Source: an uncultured Caulobacteraceae bacterium
Lineage (GTDB): Bacteria > Pseudomonadota > Alphaproteobacteria > Caulobacterales > Caulobacteraceae
NCBI GenBank assembly: GCA_947085575.1
Contig: CAMTXB010000029.1
Coordinates: 3,241 to 67,240 of the forward strand
Length of the DNA stretch: 64,000 nt
Direction: 5' to 3'
Positions 18,054 to 28,135 of the stretch are shown piece after piece. The notes beneath the pieces were generated by a model. The model made no database searches and was not told the origin of the DNA. It was given only the letters and a program-made list of their open reading frames with translations. Both the position numbers and the translations under genes were made by a program. How positions within the stretch are numbered: position 1 is the stretch's first letter; the number at the start of each line of letters is the position of its first letter.

Positions 18054-18093
18054 GGCCGGCCCTATAGCCGAGGCGCGCCCCCAAGGCCAGCCT

Positions 18094-19716
18094 TCAGGGC
18101 GCACCCCGCAGCCGGGCGATGAGCGCCGAGGTGGACGGGTCGTGGGCCTGGGGGGCCTCGCCCTCCAGGTCAGCCAGGATGCGGCCCGCCAGGGTCTTGC
18201 CCAGTTCCACCCCCCACTGGTCGAAACTGTTGATCCCCCAGATCACCCCCTCGACGAAGGTCTTGTGCTCATAGAGCGCGATCAGAGCGCCCAGGGTTTC
18301 CGGGCTCAGGGTGTCCATCAGAACAAAGCTCGTGGGGCGATTGCCGGGGAAGGTCTTCTGGGGCGCCAGGATGTCGATCTCCCCGGCGCTCAGGCCGTCC
18401 TGCGCCAGGGCGCGACGCACCTCTGCCTCCGGGCGGCCCACCATCAGGGCCTCAGCCTGGGCCACGGCATTGGCCAGGAGCATGGTCTGGGATTCCGGGT
18501 GTCCATCATTGCTGTGGGCCACGGCAATGATGTCGGCGGGGATCACGTCGCTGCCCTGATGCATCAGCTGAAAGAAGGCGTGCTGCACATTGGCGCCGGC
18601 GTCGCCGAACACCGTGGCGGCCGTGGCCTGGGACACCGGCCGGCCGTCCATGCGCACCCGCTTGCCATTCGACTCCATCTCCAGTTGCTGCAGGAAATTG
18701 GGCAGGAGCCGCAGACGCTGGGCGTAGGGCGTCACGGCGCGCACCGCACGGTCCAGGGCGTTGCGGTTGAAGATGTGGGCCAGGGCCAGGAGGACCGGAG
18801 CATTGGCTTCGAGCGGCGCCTCGCGGAAGTGGTCGTCCATGGCCGCCCCGCCAGCCAGGAGGGCCTCGAACGCCTCGGGGCCAAGGGCGACGGCGCAGGA
18901 CAGGCCCACCGCCGACCAGATCGAGTATCGTCCCCCGACCCAGTCGCGAAAGCCGAACACCTGATCGGCGCGCACGCCGAAGGCCTGGGCCCTGTCGGGG
19001 GCCGCCGACACCGCCGCCAGATGGCCATCTGCGCCCGTCCCCAGGGCGTCCCGCAGCCAGGCCCGGGCGATGGCCGCATTGGCCATGGTCTCCTGGGTGG
19101 TGAAGGTCTTGGAGACCACGACCACCAGGGTCTCGGCCGGATCAAGCCCAGCCAGCGCCTGGGTGATATCGGCGGGATCCACATTGGCGGCAAAGCGCAG
19201 CTCAATCGGGGGAACCGGCGCGCGCAGGGCCTCCCACACCAGTCTTGGCCCGAAGTCCGACCCGCCGATGCCGATATGGACCACCGCCTTGAAGGGCCGT
19301 CCCGTGGCGCCCTTGCGGACGCCGGTCCGGATCGACCCGGCGAAATCAGCCATGGCCGCCCGGGTGGCCTCCACCTCGGTTGACACAGGTTCGCCTTGGG
19401 CGAAAAAGGCTGACCCCCGAGGCGCGCGCAGGGCCATGTGCAGGGCCGCGCGCCCTTCCGAGGGATTGACCACGCCGCCGCCGAAGAGATGATCGCGGGC
19501 GACCTCCACCTCGGCGGCCCGGGCGAGTTCGAGGGCCAGGCCCATATCCTTGAGCGACCAGGGTTGCTTGGAGAGGTCGAGGTAGAGACCGCCGGCCGCA
19601 AGGGTCAGCCGCTCAAGGCGGTCGGGCTCGGCGTCAAACAGGCTGGCGATGGGGCGTGCCGCCGCCGCAGCGCCAGCGGCGCGCAGACCCCGCCAGGCGG
19701 CCTGGTGATCAGACAT
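18094..19716 (-). CDS. pgi: Glucose-6-phosphate isomerase
   Basis: GIGGSDFGP, SKTFTTQET, DWVGGRYS, QQLEMESNGK, FDQWGVELGK. Confidence 0.97.
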   Translation of the reverse strand: MSDHQAAWRGLRAAGAAAAARPIASLFDAEPDRLERLTLAAGGLYLDLSKQPWSLKDMGLALELARAAEVEVARDHLFGGGVVNPSEGRAALHMALRAPRGSAFFAQGEPVSTEVEATRAAMADFAGSIRTGVRKGATGRPFKAVVHIGIGGSDFGPRLVWEALRAPVPPIELRFAANVDPADITQALAGLDPAETLVVVVSKTFTTQETMANAAIARAWLRDALGTGADGHLAAVSAAPDRAQAFGVRADQVFGFRDWVGGRYSIWSAVGLSCAVALGPEAFEALLAGGAAMDDHFREAPLEANAPVLLALAHIFNRNALDRAVRAVTPYAQRLRLLPNFLQQLEMESNGKRVRMDGRPVSQATAATVFGDAGANVQHAFFQLMHQGSDVIPADIIAVAHSNDGHPESQTMLLANAVAQAEALMVGRPEAEVRRALAQDGLSAGEIDILAPQKTFPGNRPTSFVLMDTLSPETLGALIALYEHKTFVEGVIWGINSFDQWGVELGKTLAGRILADLEGEAPQAHDPSTSALIARLRGAP

Positions 19717-19861
19717 GGTTCATCCCCCATTCAAGCGACGCCATACAAGCCGACTGTACGGACCTGGGCAAAGCCGGTTAGCAAAAGCTCAGTGTCCCGT
19801 CTCTGGTCCGCCGCGATTTGGCGGGCGCCCACCGCCCAGACTGTGTTTGGAGGTCAAACCC

Positions 19862-20326
19862 ATGCCCTGCGCCGCCCTTGCCGCCTCAAGCCTCCTGTGG
19901 CTGGCTGCTGGACCTGTTCCGGCGCGACCGGAGCCCCCCCTGCCCCCGACCGCCTCGGCCCTGGAGCCGCTGTTTGCCGACATCGTCGAACGCGCCCGGG
20001 CCCTGAAGGCCGAGGCCGAGGCCATGGGCCCGTCGAACGCGCCGGCCACCGACGCCTTCAAGACGGGTATCGCGGATCTGGCCGCCCTGGACATGGCCGG
20101 ACAGAAGATCGTCCGCGAGCGCGGGAATGATGGGGATCTGGCCTGTATTCTGCGCGGGATAGCCGAGGACCTGCCGGTGAAGCTCGCCGCCCTGCAACTG
20201 GCCAGGGACCCGGCCGCCCGCGACAGCGCCCTGAAAGAGCTCATCTATCTGCTCAATGACAATGTCGAGGTCATCCTCGCCCCACCGGGGCCGGCCTCCG
20301 GGATCGCGCCGGCCGAGGCGAGCTGA
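19862..20326 (+). CDS. Hypothetical exported alpha-helical protein
   Basis: GGAGG RBS before ATG 19862; signal-like N-terminus; host-like codon usage. Confidence 0.7.
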   Translation: MPCAALAASSLLWLAAGPVPARPEPPLPPTASALEPLFADIVERARALKAEAEAMGPSNAPATDAFKTGIADLAALDMAGQKIVRERGNDGDLACILRGIAEDLPVKLAALQLARDPAARDSALKELIYLLNDNVEVILAPPGPASGIAPAEAS

Positions 20327-20330
20327 ACCC

Positions 20331-20954
20331 TCAGTACTTCACGCTGCAGCCATAGGGAGGCGACACCGGTCGGGCCACGCCTCGTCCGGCCTTCATGTCC
20401 GCAAGGGCGGCGACCACGAAGTTCTTCGCCCCGGCCAGGGTGGCGGGGTCAGCGCTGTTCTGGTCGTCGATGCCGCCCATATAGACCAGGGTCCCCGCCG
20501 GATCGATGATGTACATGTGAGGCGTCGTCTTGGCGCCATAGGCGCGACCCACCTGGCCCTTGGGGTCGAGCAGGATGGCGGCGGGCGCAGCCCCGGTCCG
20601 GGTCCTCCAGGCATTGGCCTCGGCCGGCGTCTTGTGGCCCTGCTTGCCCGGCGCCGAGGAAATGACGCTGAGCCAGATCACCCCGTCCCGGGCGGCGCGC
20701 GTCTGCAGGTCCTGCATGGCGCCGCCGTCATAATGCTTCTGCACATAGGGGCAGCCTTCATTGGTCCATTCCAGAACCACGGTCTTGCCCCGGAACTCCG
20801 CCAGGGTCCGGGCCTTGCCGGTGGAATCGACGGCTGTGAAGGCCGGGGCGGGCTTGCCCAGGCTCGGCGAGGCCAGGGCCGGAGCCGCGATCAGGGCGGC
20901 CAGGGCGGCCAGGCCCGCCAGGGCCAGGCGGCGGGGAAGGACCGAGGGCGTCAT
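20331..20954 (-). CDS. Exported thioredoxin-fold/peroxiredoxin-like redoxin (PrxL-like)
   Basis: Signal peptide with RR; LEWTNEGCPYV, YGAKTTP, Y.GGIDD, YGCSVKY. Confidence 0.85.
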   Translation of the reverse strand: MTPSVLPRRLALAGLAALAALIAAPALASPSLGKPAPAFTAVDSTGKARTLAEFRGKTVVLEWTNEGCPYVQKHYDGGAMQDLQTRAARDGVIWLSVISSAPGKQGHKTPAEANAWRTRTGAAPAAILLDPKGQVGRAYGAKTTPHMYIIDPAGTLVYMGGIDDQNSADPATLAGAKNFVVAALADMKAGRGVARPVSPPYGCSVKY

Positions 20955-21000
20955 GGGCGTCTCCTGTGGAAAATTGGCGGTATGACCCTTAGGGCGGGCG

Positions 21001-23118
21001 TCAGCCGGCGGCGGCCTTCAGGGCGCGGATCACGGCGGCCTCGGTAAGAATCTGCGGGAGGACGACCGGCGCCGACCCCCTGGCGTCATAGACGAGATAG
21101 AGGGGCACGCCGGCGCGGCCGTGGCGCGCCAGTTCGGCGGCGATCACGTCGTCCTTCCGGGTCCAGTCGGCCTTCAGATAGACTGCGCCGGTGGCGGCCA
21201 GGGTGTCGGCCACCCCCTGCCGCGCCAGGGCGACCTGCTCATTGACCTGGCAGGTGACGCACCAGGCGGCGGTGAAGTTGACGAAGACCGGCGAACCCTG
21301 CGCCCGCAACTGCGCCAGCCGTTCAGGGCTGTAGGGCTCGTAGGGCAGTTCGGCGACAGTCCCCCCGGGCTCTGCGCCCGGCGCCGGGGCCTGAGGATAG
21401 GTCGGATAGACCGTGGCGATGATCGCCAGGCCCGCAAGACCCGCTGCGCCGGCCCGCAGGCCAAGCCCCCCCGGCCGTCCCTGGGCGAGGCCGTAGAGCC
21501 AGGCGGCCAGGGCCAGGACAAGGGCGGTCGCCAGGAGGCGGGCCATGCCCATGGGGCCGGCCTGCAGGGTGAGCACCCAGAGCAGCCAGGCGGCGGCGCC
21601 ATACATGGGAAAGGCCAGCACCCGGCGCAGATGAATCATCCAGGGTCCGGGACGGGGCAGGCGGGCCAGGAGACCCGGGGCGAAGGCCAGGGCGACGAAC
21701 GGCGCGGCGAATCCAAGGCCCAGGGCCGCGAACACCAGCAGGGCGCTCGCCGGGGCCTGGGTCAGGGCCCAGCCCAGGGCCGGGGCCATGAACGGGGCCG
21801 TGCAGGGGGCGGCCACCATCACCGCCAGAACGCCCGTAAAGAATGCGCCCGTGAGCCCGCCCCGGGCGGCGAGGTCAGATCCGACGCCCTGGAGCGAGGC
21901 GCCCACCTCAAACACCCCTGACAGGTTGAGCGCCACCGCCAGCATGAGCAGGCAAAGGGCGGCCACCACCGGCGGAGACTGCAGCTGGAAGCCCCAGCCG
22001 ACCGCGGCGCCCGCCGCCTGGGCGAGGATCAGAGCGCCAGCCAGGGCCAGGAAGGTGGCCAGCACGCCCGCCAGAAAGGCCAGGCCCTGGCGGCGGGCGC
22101 CTTTCACCTCATGGGCGTGGCCGGCGAGGCTGGCGGCCTTCATGGCCAGGATCGGGAAGACGCAGGGCATCAGGTTGAGGATCTGGCCGCCGAGGGCCGC
22201 AAACGCCAGGGCCAGGGCCAGGCCGAGGCCGGCGCCCGTCGCCCCCCCGCTGCGGGGGGGTGGCGGGCCAAGGCCGGCGGCCTCGGGCGCCAGGGGACCG
22301 GCCGTCGCCTCGATCTCGTAATAGGCCTCCCCGGCCTTCAGCACGCCGATCAGGACCTCAGGGGGTTCCGGCCCCTGGAAGGCGTAGCTGGCGGTCAGGC
22401 CAAGGGTCAGGCCCTGGGGTCCCCGCTCGACGGATTGGGGGGCGGCATGGTCGATGACCGCCCCGTCAAAGGGAAAGAAGTAGCTGCCCGCCAGGTCCTG
22501 TCCCGCCAGGGCCGGGCCGGTGACCGCCAGCTTCAGGCCCTGTTCGCCGGTCTCAAAACGGGCCGTCAGATCCGCCCGCCTGGGGGCCGCATCCAGGGCG
22601 CGGGCGATGGGGGCGGCCCAACGCCCGGCGGGCGCGGGCGCCTGCGCCTGAACCGGGAGGACCAGCTCCAGCTCAGCACTCTCGGGAATGCAGATGTCCT
22701 CGCAGACCAGGAAGTCGGCCCGGGCCCGGAGGGTCACCGCCTGACCCACCGGGGCGCCGGCGGGGGCGGTGAGGGCCATGGGCAGCAGCACCTCGCCCGA
22801 ATAGCCGTAGTTCACCAGCGGCCCGACCGGATAGGGCTGAGGCGCCCGCCAGACGAAGTCGCCCACGGTCCAGCCCGGCGGCAGGGTCCAGGTGATCTTG
22901 GTGGCCTGGCCGGAATCGCCGGGATTGCGCCAGTAGGTGTGCCAGCCCTTGTCGATCTCCTGACGCAGGGCGACCTGAATGGTCTGGCCCGGGGCGATGG
23001 CTGGGGTCTGGGTGATCAGCTCGGCCTGGAGATGACCGGTGTCCACCGCCGCCGCCTGGGCGGCCGGGGCCAGCAGGACCGTCAAGGCGAGCACGAGGCC
23101 AGCAAGGCGAGGCGTCAT
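21001..23118 (-). CDS. DsbD/ScsB family thiol:disulfide interchange protein
   Basis: WHTYWRNPGDSG, CEDIC, LNLMPCVFP, APCTAPF, WCVTC motifs. Confidence 0.92.
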   Translation of the reverse strand: MTPRLAGLVLALTVLLAPAAQAAAVDTGHLQAELITQTPAIAPGQTIQVALRQEIDKGWHTYWRNPGDSGQATKITWTLPPGWTVGDFVWRAPQPYPVGPLVNYGYSGEVLLPMALTAPAGAPVGQAVTLRARADFLVCEDICIPESAELELVLPVQAQAPAPAGRWAAPIARALDAAPRRADLTARFETGEQGLKLAVTGPALAGQDLAGSYFFPFDGAVIDHAAPQSVERGPQGLTLGLTASYAFQGPEPPEVLIGVLKAGEAYYEIEATAGPLAPEAAGLGPPPPRSGGATGAGLGLALALAFAALGGQILNLMPCVFPILAMKAASLAGHAHEVKGARRQGLAFLAGVLATFLALAGALILAQAAGAAVGWGFQLQSPPVVAALCLLMLAVALNLSGVFEVGASLQGVGSDLAARGGLTGAFFTGVLAVMVAAPCTAPFMAPALGWALTQAPASALLVFAALGLGFAAPFVALAFAPGLLARLPRPGPWMIHLRRVLAFPMYGAAAWLLWVLTLQAGPMGMARLLATALVLALAAWLYGLAQGRPGGLGLRAGAAGLAGLAIIATVYPTYPQAPAPGAEPGGTVAELPYEPYSPERLAQLRAQGSPVFVNFTAAWCVTCQVNEQVALARQGVADTLAATGAVYLKADWTRKDDVIAAELARHGRAGVPLYLVYDARGSAPVVLPQILTEAAVIRALKAAAG

Positions 23119-23265
23119 CGGGGGTCCGAACCTGTTTTGGGGTCACCGCTATATGGGGCCAGATGGGCAGGACCCGCAAACATCCGATTCGCGCCGGCGG
23201 GTTCCCTTGCGCTTTACGCCGCGCTGGGGGCGGTGGTTACATCATGGGGCAGCAGGGGAACGCCA

Positions 23266-23658
23266 ATGCCGGGGTCATTCGACGAGATCGAAGTCGGACA
23301 GGTGGTCGCCCTGGGGGCCTCGGCCGTGGACGCCCGGACCCTGGAGGCCTTCATCGCGGCCTTTACCCCGGGATGGACCGCCGATCGCGGGGCGCCTGAC
23401 GCCATGGTGTTCGCCATCTGGGCCCGGCTGGACGGACAGGCCGCCACAGGCTGGCCGCAGACCAAGCGCCTGGGGGTCGACGCCCTGCGCTGGGTGCGCA
23501 ATCCACCGCCCGGCGAACTGCTCCGCGCCCGCATGACCATCATGGGCAAGGACCCTGTGGGCGAGGGCAAGGGAATCGTCATCGCCCAGCACGACCTGCT
23601 GGATGAGGCCGGCAGGCTGGTGTTTTCCTGCCTGACCCGCAGCATCTTCGCCCGGTAG
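23266..23658 (+). CDS. MaoC-like hotdog-fold protein
   Basis: FDEIEVGQ..LG, LGVDALRW..P..PG; GGGG RBS. Confidence 0.75.
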   Translation: MPGSFDEIEVGQVVALGASAVDARTLEAFIAAFTPGWTADRGAPDAMVFAIWARLDGQAATGWPQTKRLGVDALRWVRNPPPGELLRARMTIMGKDPVGEGKGIVIAQHDLLDEAGRLVFSCLTRSIFAR

Positions 23659-23689
23659 GCGCCAGCGCCGACCGGGCGGGATCGGTCGA

Positions 23690-24502
23690 TCAGCTGTTGG
23701 CCGCCTGGGGGGCCTGAGTCTGCAGCTGCATCTGGCGGTTCATCGACAGGGCCACCAGCCGGTCCCACTGGGCCAGGGAGATCAGGTGGGCATAGATCAG
23801 GTTCAGGGCGCCCGACTGGCGCAGATCCATGAACTTGTCGGCCGGCAGCGCGCGCAGGCGATCCTCGGAGACGCCGAAATAGTCCGCCAGCTTGAGGGGC
23901 TCGCCGGGCGTGCCCTCTTGGTTGACCGGAGTGTAGTAGGACTCCTTGGCCTCGAACAGATCCAGCGCCTTGAGCAGCTGGACGAAGCTCTGGGTCTTCT
24001 GGCGCTCGATCTCATAGTCATTGCAGAACTTCATGCAGTTCTGGGTGTACTCGGTGGGCTCGCCCTTCTCGTCGAAGAAGGCCAGCTCCGGATCGCTCTC
24101 GGCGAAGAAGGCCGCCGAACGGTCGACGCACAGGATCGACTGGCCGGCCTGGGCGTCATTGGCGAACACGAACGGATAGCGGCGGACATAGGCCGGCACA
24201 TAGACGCCGGCATCGAACACGCCGGTGGGCAGGACGAAGAGGTTTTCGTCGTGGTTCAGCCCCATCACCTGCAAAGGCGTCTTTTCCTCGCCCACGAAGA
24301 TGATCGGCCCATTGAGCACGCCGAGCTGGAACTCCGAGGCGGTCAGGGGCACCAGATTATGCTTGGCCGCAAAGCCGAAGGGCCCGTCGATGCGCTTGAC
24401 GCCCATGCCCTTGTGCATGGTCGGGTTCAGCGGCTCGGGCTGCTTGTAGTAGAGGACAGTGCCGGTCAGTTGGCCCGCGGCCGATGGGGTCGTCTCGGTC
24501 AT
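23690..24502 (-). CDS. SapC family protein
   Basis: YVPAYVRRYPF, VSE..LRAL....F..L..SGAL..IYAHLISL. Confidence 0.88.
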   Translation of the reverse strand: MTETTPSAAGQLTGTVLYYKQPEPLNPTMHKGMGVKRIDGPFGFAAKHNLVPLTASEFQLGVLNGPIIFVGEEKTPLQVMGLNHDENLFVLPTGVFDAGVYVPAYVRRYPFVFANDAQAGQSILCVDRSAAFFAESDPELAFFDEKGEPTEYTQNCMKFCNDYEIERQKTQSFVQLLKALDLFEAKESYYTPVNQEGTPGEPLKLADYFGVSEDRLRALPADKFMDLRQSGALNLIYAHLISLAQWDRLVALSMNRQMQLQTQAPQAANS

Positions 24503-24700
24503 TGGTAACCTTCGAGGATTCGGGGGCCCAGCCGGGGCCGGTGAGGACCCACGCACGGAGCGGTCGGGGGCTTCTAGCCGATCATGGCAGGGGCGGCAAA
24601 CCCCTGGAGGGACGCTTGCCTTGTGGCCGCTGTGTCGGTTCAATCAGCGCCATAGATGAGCAGCCCCGTCCAGGAACGGGCTCCGGAGGAACATTTCAAC

Positions 24701-25588
24701 ATGCCTATCTTTTATCCCGACATTCTCGATCAGCGCACGGGCCCGCGCACCTTCACCTATGGCGACAAGGACGTGATGCTCTACGCGCTTGGCGTCGGCA
24801 TGGGTCAGGACCCCATGAACGAGACGGAGCTGGCCTTCGTCTATGAGAAGAACCTGAAGGTCATCCCGACCGCGGCCACCGTCCTGGCCGCCGGCGCCCG
24901 GGCCGCAGCCAATGCCGGGCCGGCCCCGGCGATGCCGGAAGGCCATCGCCCCAGCCAGATCAACTTCCTGATGGTCGTGCACGGCGAACAGAAGGTGGAA
25001 CTGCACAAGCCCCTGCCGTCCAAGGGGACCTTCACGGTCGAGGGCCGCACGGTCGGCGCCTATGACAAGGGCAAGGACAAGGGCGCGGTCATCATCAATG
25101 AGTCGGTCTGGACCGACGAGGCCGGCGAAAAGGTCGCCACCCTGACCTCGTCCACCTTCGCCCGCGGCGATGGCGGCTTCGGCGGCCCGACCGACGGCGC
25201 GCCTGAGCCGCACAGGGCGCCTGACCGGGCGCCGGACATGTCGGTGGACTTCACCACCCGCGAGGACCAGGCCCTGCTCTACCGGCTGAACGGCGACCGT
25301 AACCCGCTGCATTCCGATCCGGACTCGGCCAAGCGCTCGGGCTTCCCGCGGCCGATCCTGCACGGCCTGTGCACCTATGGCATTACCTGCCGCGCCATCC
25401 TGCAGGCGGTCACCGACTTCGATCCCGACCAGATCAAGAGCCACGAGGCGCGCTTTTCGGCGCCTGTCTTCCCCGGCGACACCATCACGGTGGACATCTG
25501 GAAGGACGGCAAGGAGATCAGCTTCGAGGCCCGCGTGAAGGAGCGCAACGCCACGGTGATCAAGAACGGCCTGGCTGTCCTTCGATAG
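24701..25588 (+). CDS. MaoC/hydratase-2 type enoyl-CoA dehydratase (double hotdog)
   Basis: LYALGVG, VHGEQ, YRLNGDRNPLH.DP, PILHGLCT. Confidence 0.9.
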   Translation: MPIFYPDILDQRTGPRTFTYGDKDVMLYALGVGMGQDPMNETELAFVYEKNLKVIPTAATVLAAGARAAANAGPAPAMPEGHRPSQINFLMVVHGEQKVELHKPLPSKGTFTVEGRTVGAYDKGKDKGAVIINESVWTDEAGEKVATLTSSTFARGDGGFGGPTDGAPEPHRAPDRAPDMSVDFTTREDQALLYRLNGDRNPLHSDPDSAKRSGFPRPILHGLCTYGITCRAILQAVTDFDPDQIKSHEARFSAPVFPGDTITVDIWKDGKEISFEARVKERNATVIKNGLAVLR

Positions 25589-25596
25589 AAAACCCG

Positions 25597-26127
25597 CTAG
25601 GCCCGATACGCCCGGTAGACCACCGTCGGGCGCATCGGGTCATCTTCTGGGTGTATGGGATCAGCGAAGTCGCTCGCCTTGTCCCGCGCCATGCCAAGCC
25701 TCTCCATCACCGCGCGGGACCGCAGATTGATCCGCGCGGTGATGGCGGCGATCTCCGCAAGCTCCAGACGCTCAAATCCATCGCGCATCATGGCGTTGGC
25801 GGCTTCGGTCGCATAGCCCATTCCCCAGGCGAGGCGCGACAGCCGCCAGCCAATGTCGATGAAAGGTGGCAAGGGGATGCGCGAATGCGAGGGCATCAGA
25901 CCGCATGCCCCCAGGAATGCGCCATCGGCTCTCCGCTCAATGGCGAACCGCGCCATGCCTAGCGTGGCGTAGGCGTCATGAGCGCGGTCCATATAGGCCT
26001 CAGCGTCGTCCCGCGTAAGCACGCCGCCCAACCAGCGCATCACCTCCTCGTCGGCGCACATCTGCGCGAACGGCTCGAGGTCCTCGTCACGCCACAAGCG
26101 CAGGATCAGTCGCTCGGTTTCGATCAT
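25597..26127 (-). CDS. GNAT (RimJ/RimL-like) N-acetyltransferase
   Basis: IETERLILR, IGWRL...AWGMGYATEAA, N.RSRAVMERLGM. Confidence 0.9.
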   Translation of the reverse strand: MIETERLILRLWRDEDLEPFAQMCADEEVMRWLGGVLTRDDAEAYMDRAHDAYATLGMARFAIERRADGAFLGACGLMPSHSRIPLPPFIDIGWRLSRLAWGMGYATEAANAMMRDGFERLELAEIAAITARINLRSRAVMERLGMARDKASDFADPIHPEDDPMRPTVVYRAYRA

Positions 26128-26145
26128 GGCGCGAGCCTATAGCAC

Positions 26146-27024
26146 TCAGGCCGGTCGAGGCCGCGACAGGGCGCCGTAGAGCTCGGTGCGGCGGTCGCGG
26201 AAAAAGCCCCAGGCCGCCCGGTGGGTCGCCAGGAAGTCGAGGTCGAATTCCGCCGCCAGCACGCCCTCATCGTTGCCGCCGAACTCGGCGACCAGATCGC
26301 CGCGATGGTCGGCGATGAAGGTGGCGCCATAGAAGCGCTGTCCGCCCCCAGGATAGTTCTCCCAGGGCTCGAAGCCCGTGCGGTTGGCGCCGACCACCGG
26401 GATGACATTGGAGACCGCATGGCCCTGCATGGCGCGCCGCCAGGGGGCGGCAGTGTCCAGGGTCTCGTCATGGGGCTCGGAGCCGATGGCGGTGGGATAG
26501 AACAGCACCTCGGCGCCCATCAGGGCCATGGCCCGGGCGGCCTCGGGGTACCACTGATCCCAGCAGATGCCGACGCCGACCTTGCCAAACCGGGTGTCCC
26601 AGACGCGAAAACCCGTATCCCCGGGGCGGAAATAGTACTTTTCCTGATAGCCCGGCCCGTCGGGGATGTGGCTCTTGCGATAGACGCCCATGGGCGAGCC
26701 GTCGGCGTCGATCATCACCACGCTGTTGAAATAGTGCGGGCCTTCGCGCTCATAGATCGAGATCGGCAGGACGATCCCAAGTTCGGCCGCCAGGGGGGCA
26801 AGGGCGGTGACGCAGGGGTGCTCGCGCCAGGGATGGGCGGTGGCGAACCAGCGCTCTTCCTGGGTCACGCAGAAATAGGGGCCCTGGAACAGCTCAGACG
26901 GCAGGATCACCTGGGCGCCCTGGCCGGCCGCCTCGCGGATGAAGCCCGCAGTCTTCTTGATGTTGGCCTCGAGGTCCAGGCCATAGGCGGTCTGGATGGC
27001 GGCGACCTTGATGATGCGGGCCAT
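26146..27024 (-). CDS. aguB: N-carbamoylputrescine amidase
   Basis: Nitrilase-family ELF, YRKSHIPDGPGYQEKYYF, ICWDQW; next to aguA. Confidence 0.93.
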   Translation of the reverse strand: MARIIKVAAIQTAYGLDLEANIKKTAGFIREAAGQGAQVILPSELFQGPYFCVTQEERWFATAHPWREHPCVTALAPLAAELGIVLPISIYEREGPHYFNSVVMIDADGSPMGVYRKSHIPDGPGYQEKYYFRPGDTGFRVWDTRFGKVGVGICWDQWYPEAARAMALMGAEVLFYPTAIGSEPHDETLDTAAPWRRAMQGHAVSNVIPVVGANRTGFEPWENYPGGGQRFYGATFIADHRGDLVAEFGGNDEGVLAAEFDLDFLATHRAAWGFFRDRRTELYGALSRPRPA

Positions 27025-28028
27025 CAGGCGGGCTCCTGCTGGGTGATGCAGTGGAAGGACCCGCCGCCGGTGAGGATGGCGGCCGACGGCAGGCCGATGA
27101 CCTTTCGGTCGGGGAACAGGCTCTCCAGGGCCTGGATCGCCATCTCGCCCGGACGCTGCGCATAGATGGGCACGATCACCGCCCCGTTGGCGATGATGAA
27201 GTTCATGTGCGAGGCCGGCACATAGTCGCCGTCGGCGTTCTCGATCCAGCCCGGCGACGGGATTCGCACCACCTTCAGCCGCGCACCCCGGGCGTCGGTC
27301 ATGCCGGCCAGGCGGCGGGCGGCGTCGTCATAGGCGTCCATGTTCGGGTCGCCGCGCCCGAAGGCGACGGGGCAGACCACCAGGCCAGGCGCCACGAACC
27401 GGGCCAGGTTGTCCACATGGCCGTCGGTATGGTCGTTCTGCAGGCCGGCCCCCAGCCACAGGGTCTTGCGCACCCCGAGCGCCTCGGCAAGCGCGGCCTC
27501 GGCAGCCTCGGCACTCCAGCCAGGGTTGCGGTTCGGGTTCAAAAGGCACTGTCCGGTGGTCAGCACCGTGCCGAAGCCGTCGTGGTCCAGGGCGCCGCCT
27601 TCGAGCACGAAATCGTGGGCCACCAGGGGCAGGCCAGCCTGGGCGGCGATCTGACCGGCGACTGTCTCGTCATGGGGATAGACGTACTTGCCGCCCCAGC
27701 CGTTGAAGCCGAACCCCCGGGCGCTCCAGCCCTCCCCCTGGCTAGCGAAGATCGGCCCCGTGTCCCGCAGCCAGATGTCGCCGAAGGCCCCGGGCAGTAT
27801 CTCGATCCCGGCCTCGCCCTCCATCAGGCGCCGCGCCTCGGCTTCGCCCTGGGGTGACCCGGTCATCAGCCGCACCCGCTCCTGGCCCGGGCCAGCCAGG
27901 GCGCGGGCCAGGGCCGCCACCTCGGCCTGGGCCGGGGCATAGTCCTCGCCCCACAGATCCTCGTGGCTGGGAAAGCCCAGCCACATGGCCCGGTGGGGCG
28001 CCCATTCGGCGGGAACAGTGAGGCTCAT
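27024..28028 (-). CDS. aguA: Agmatine deiminase family protein
   Basis: PAEW, DIWLRDTGP, FNGWGGKY, EGG, DHTDGHVDN, GGGSFHCITQQ. Confidence 0.94.
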   Translation of the reverse strand: MSLTVPAEWAPHRAMWLGFPSHEDLWGEDYAPAQAEVAALARALAGPGQERVRLMTGSPQGEAEARRLMEGEAGIEILPGAFGDIWLRDTGPIFASQGEGWSARGFGFNGWGGKYVYPHDETVAGQIAAQAGLPLVAHDFVLEGGALDHDGFGTVLTTGQCLLNPNRNPGWSAEAAEAALAEALGVRKTLWLGAGLQNDHTDGHVDNLARFVAPGLVVCPVAFGRGDPNMDAYDDAARRLAGMTDARGARLKVVRIPSPGWIENADGDYVPASHMNFIIANGAVIVPIYAQRPGEMAIQALESLFPDRKVIGLPSAAILTGGGSFHCITQQEPA

Positions 28029-28135
28029 CCCAGATCCCTTCGTGCAGGCGCCAGGCGCCCATCCGGACAGAACCCGGGCAGATGGGCGCAGCCAGGCCCA
28101 AGGTCAAGCTCAGCCTTGCGCCCCTGCCGCCCACG

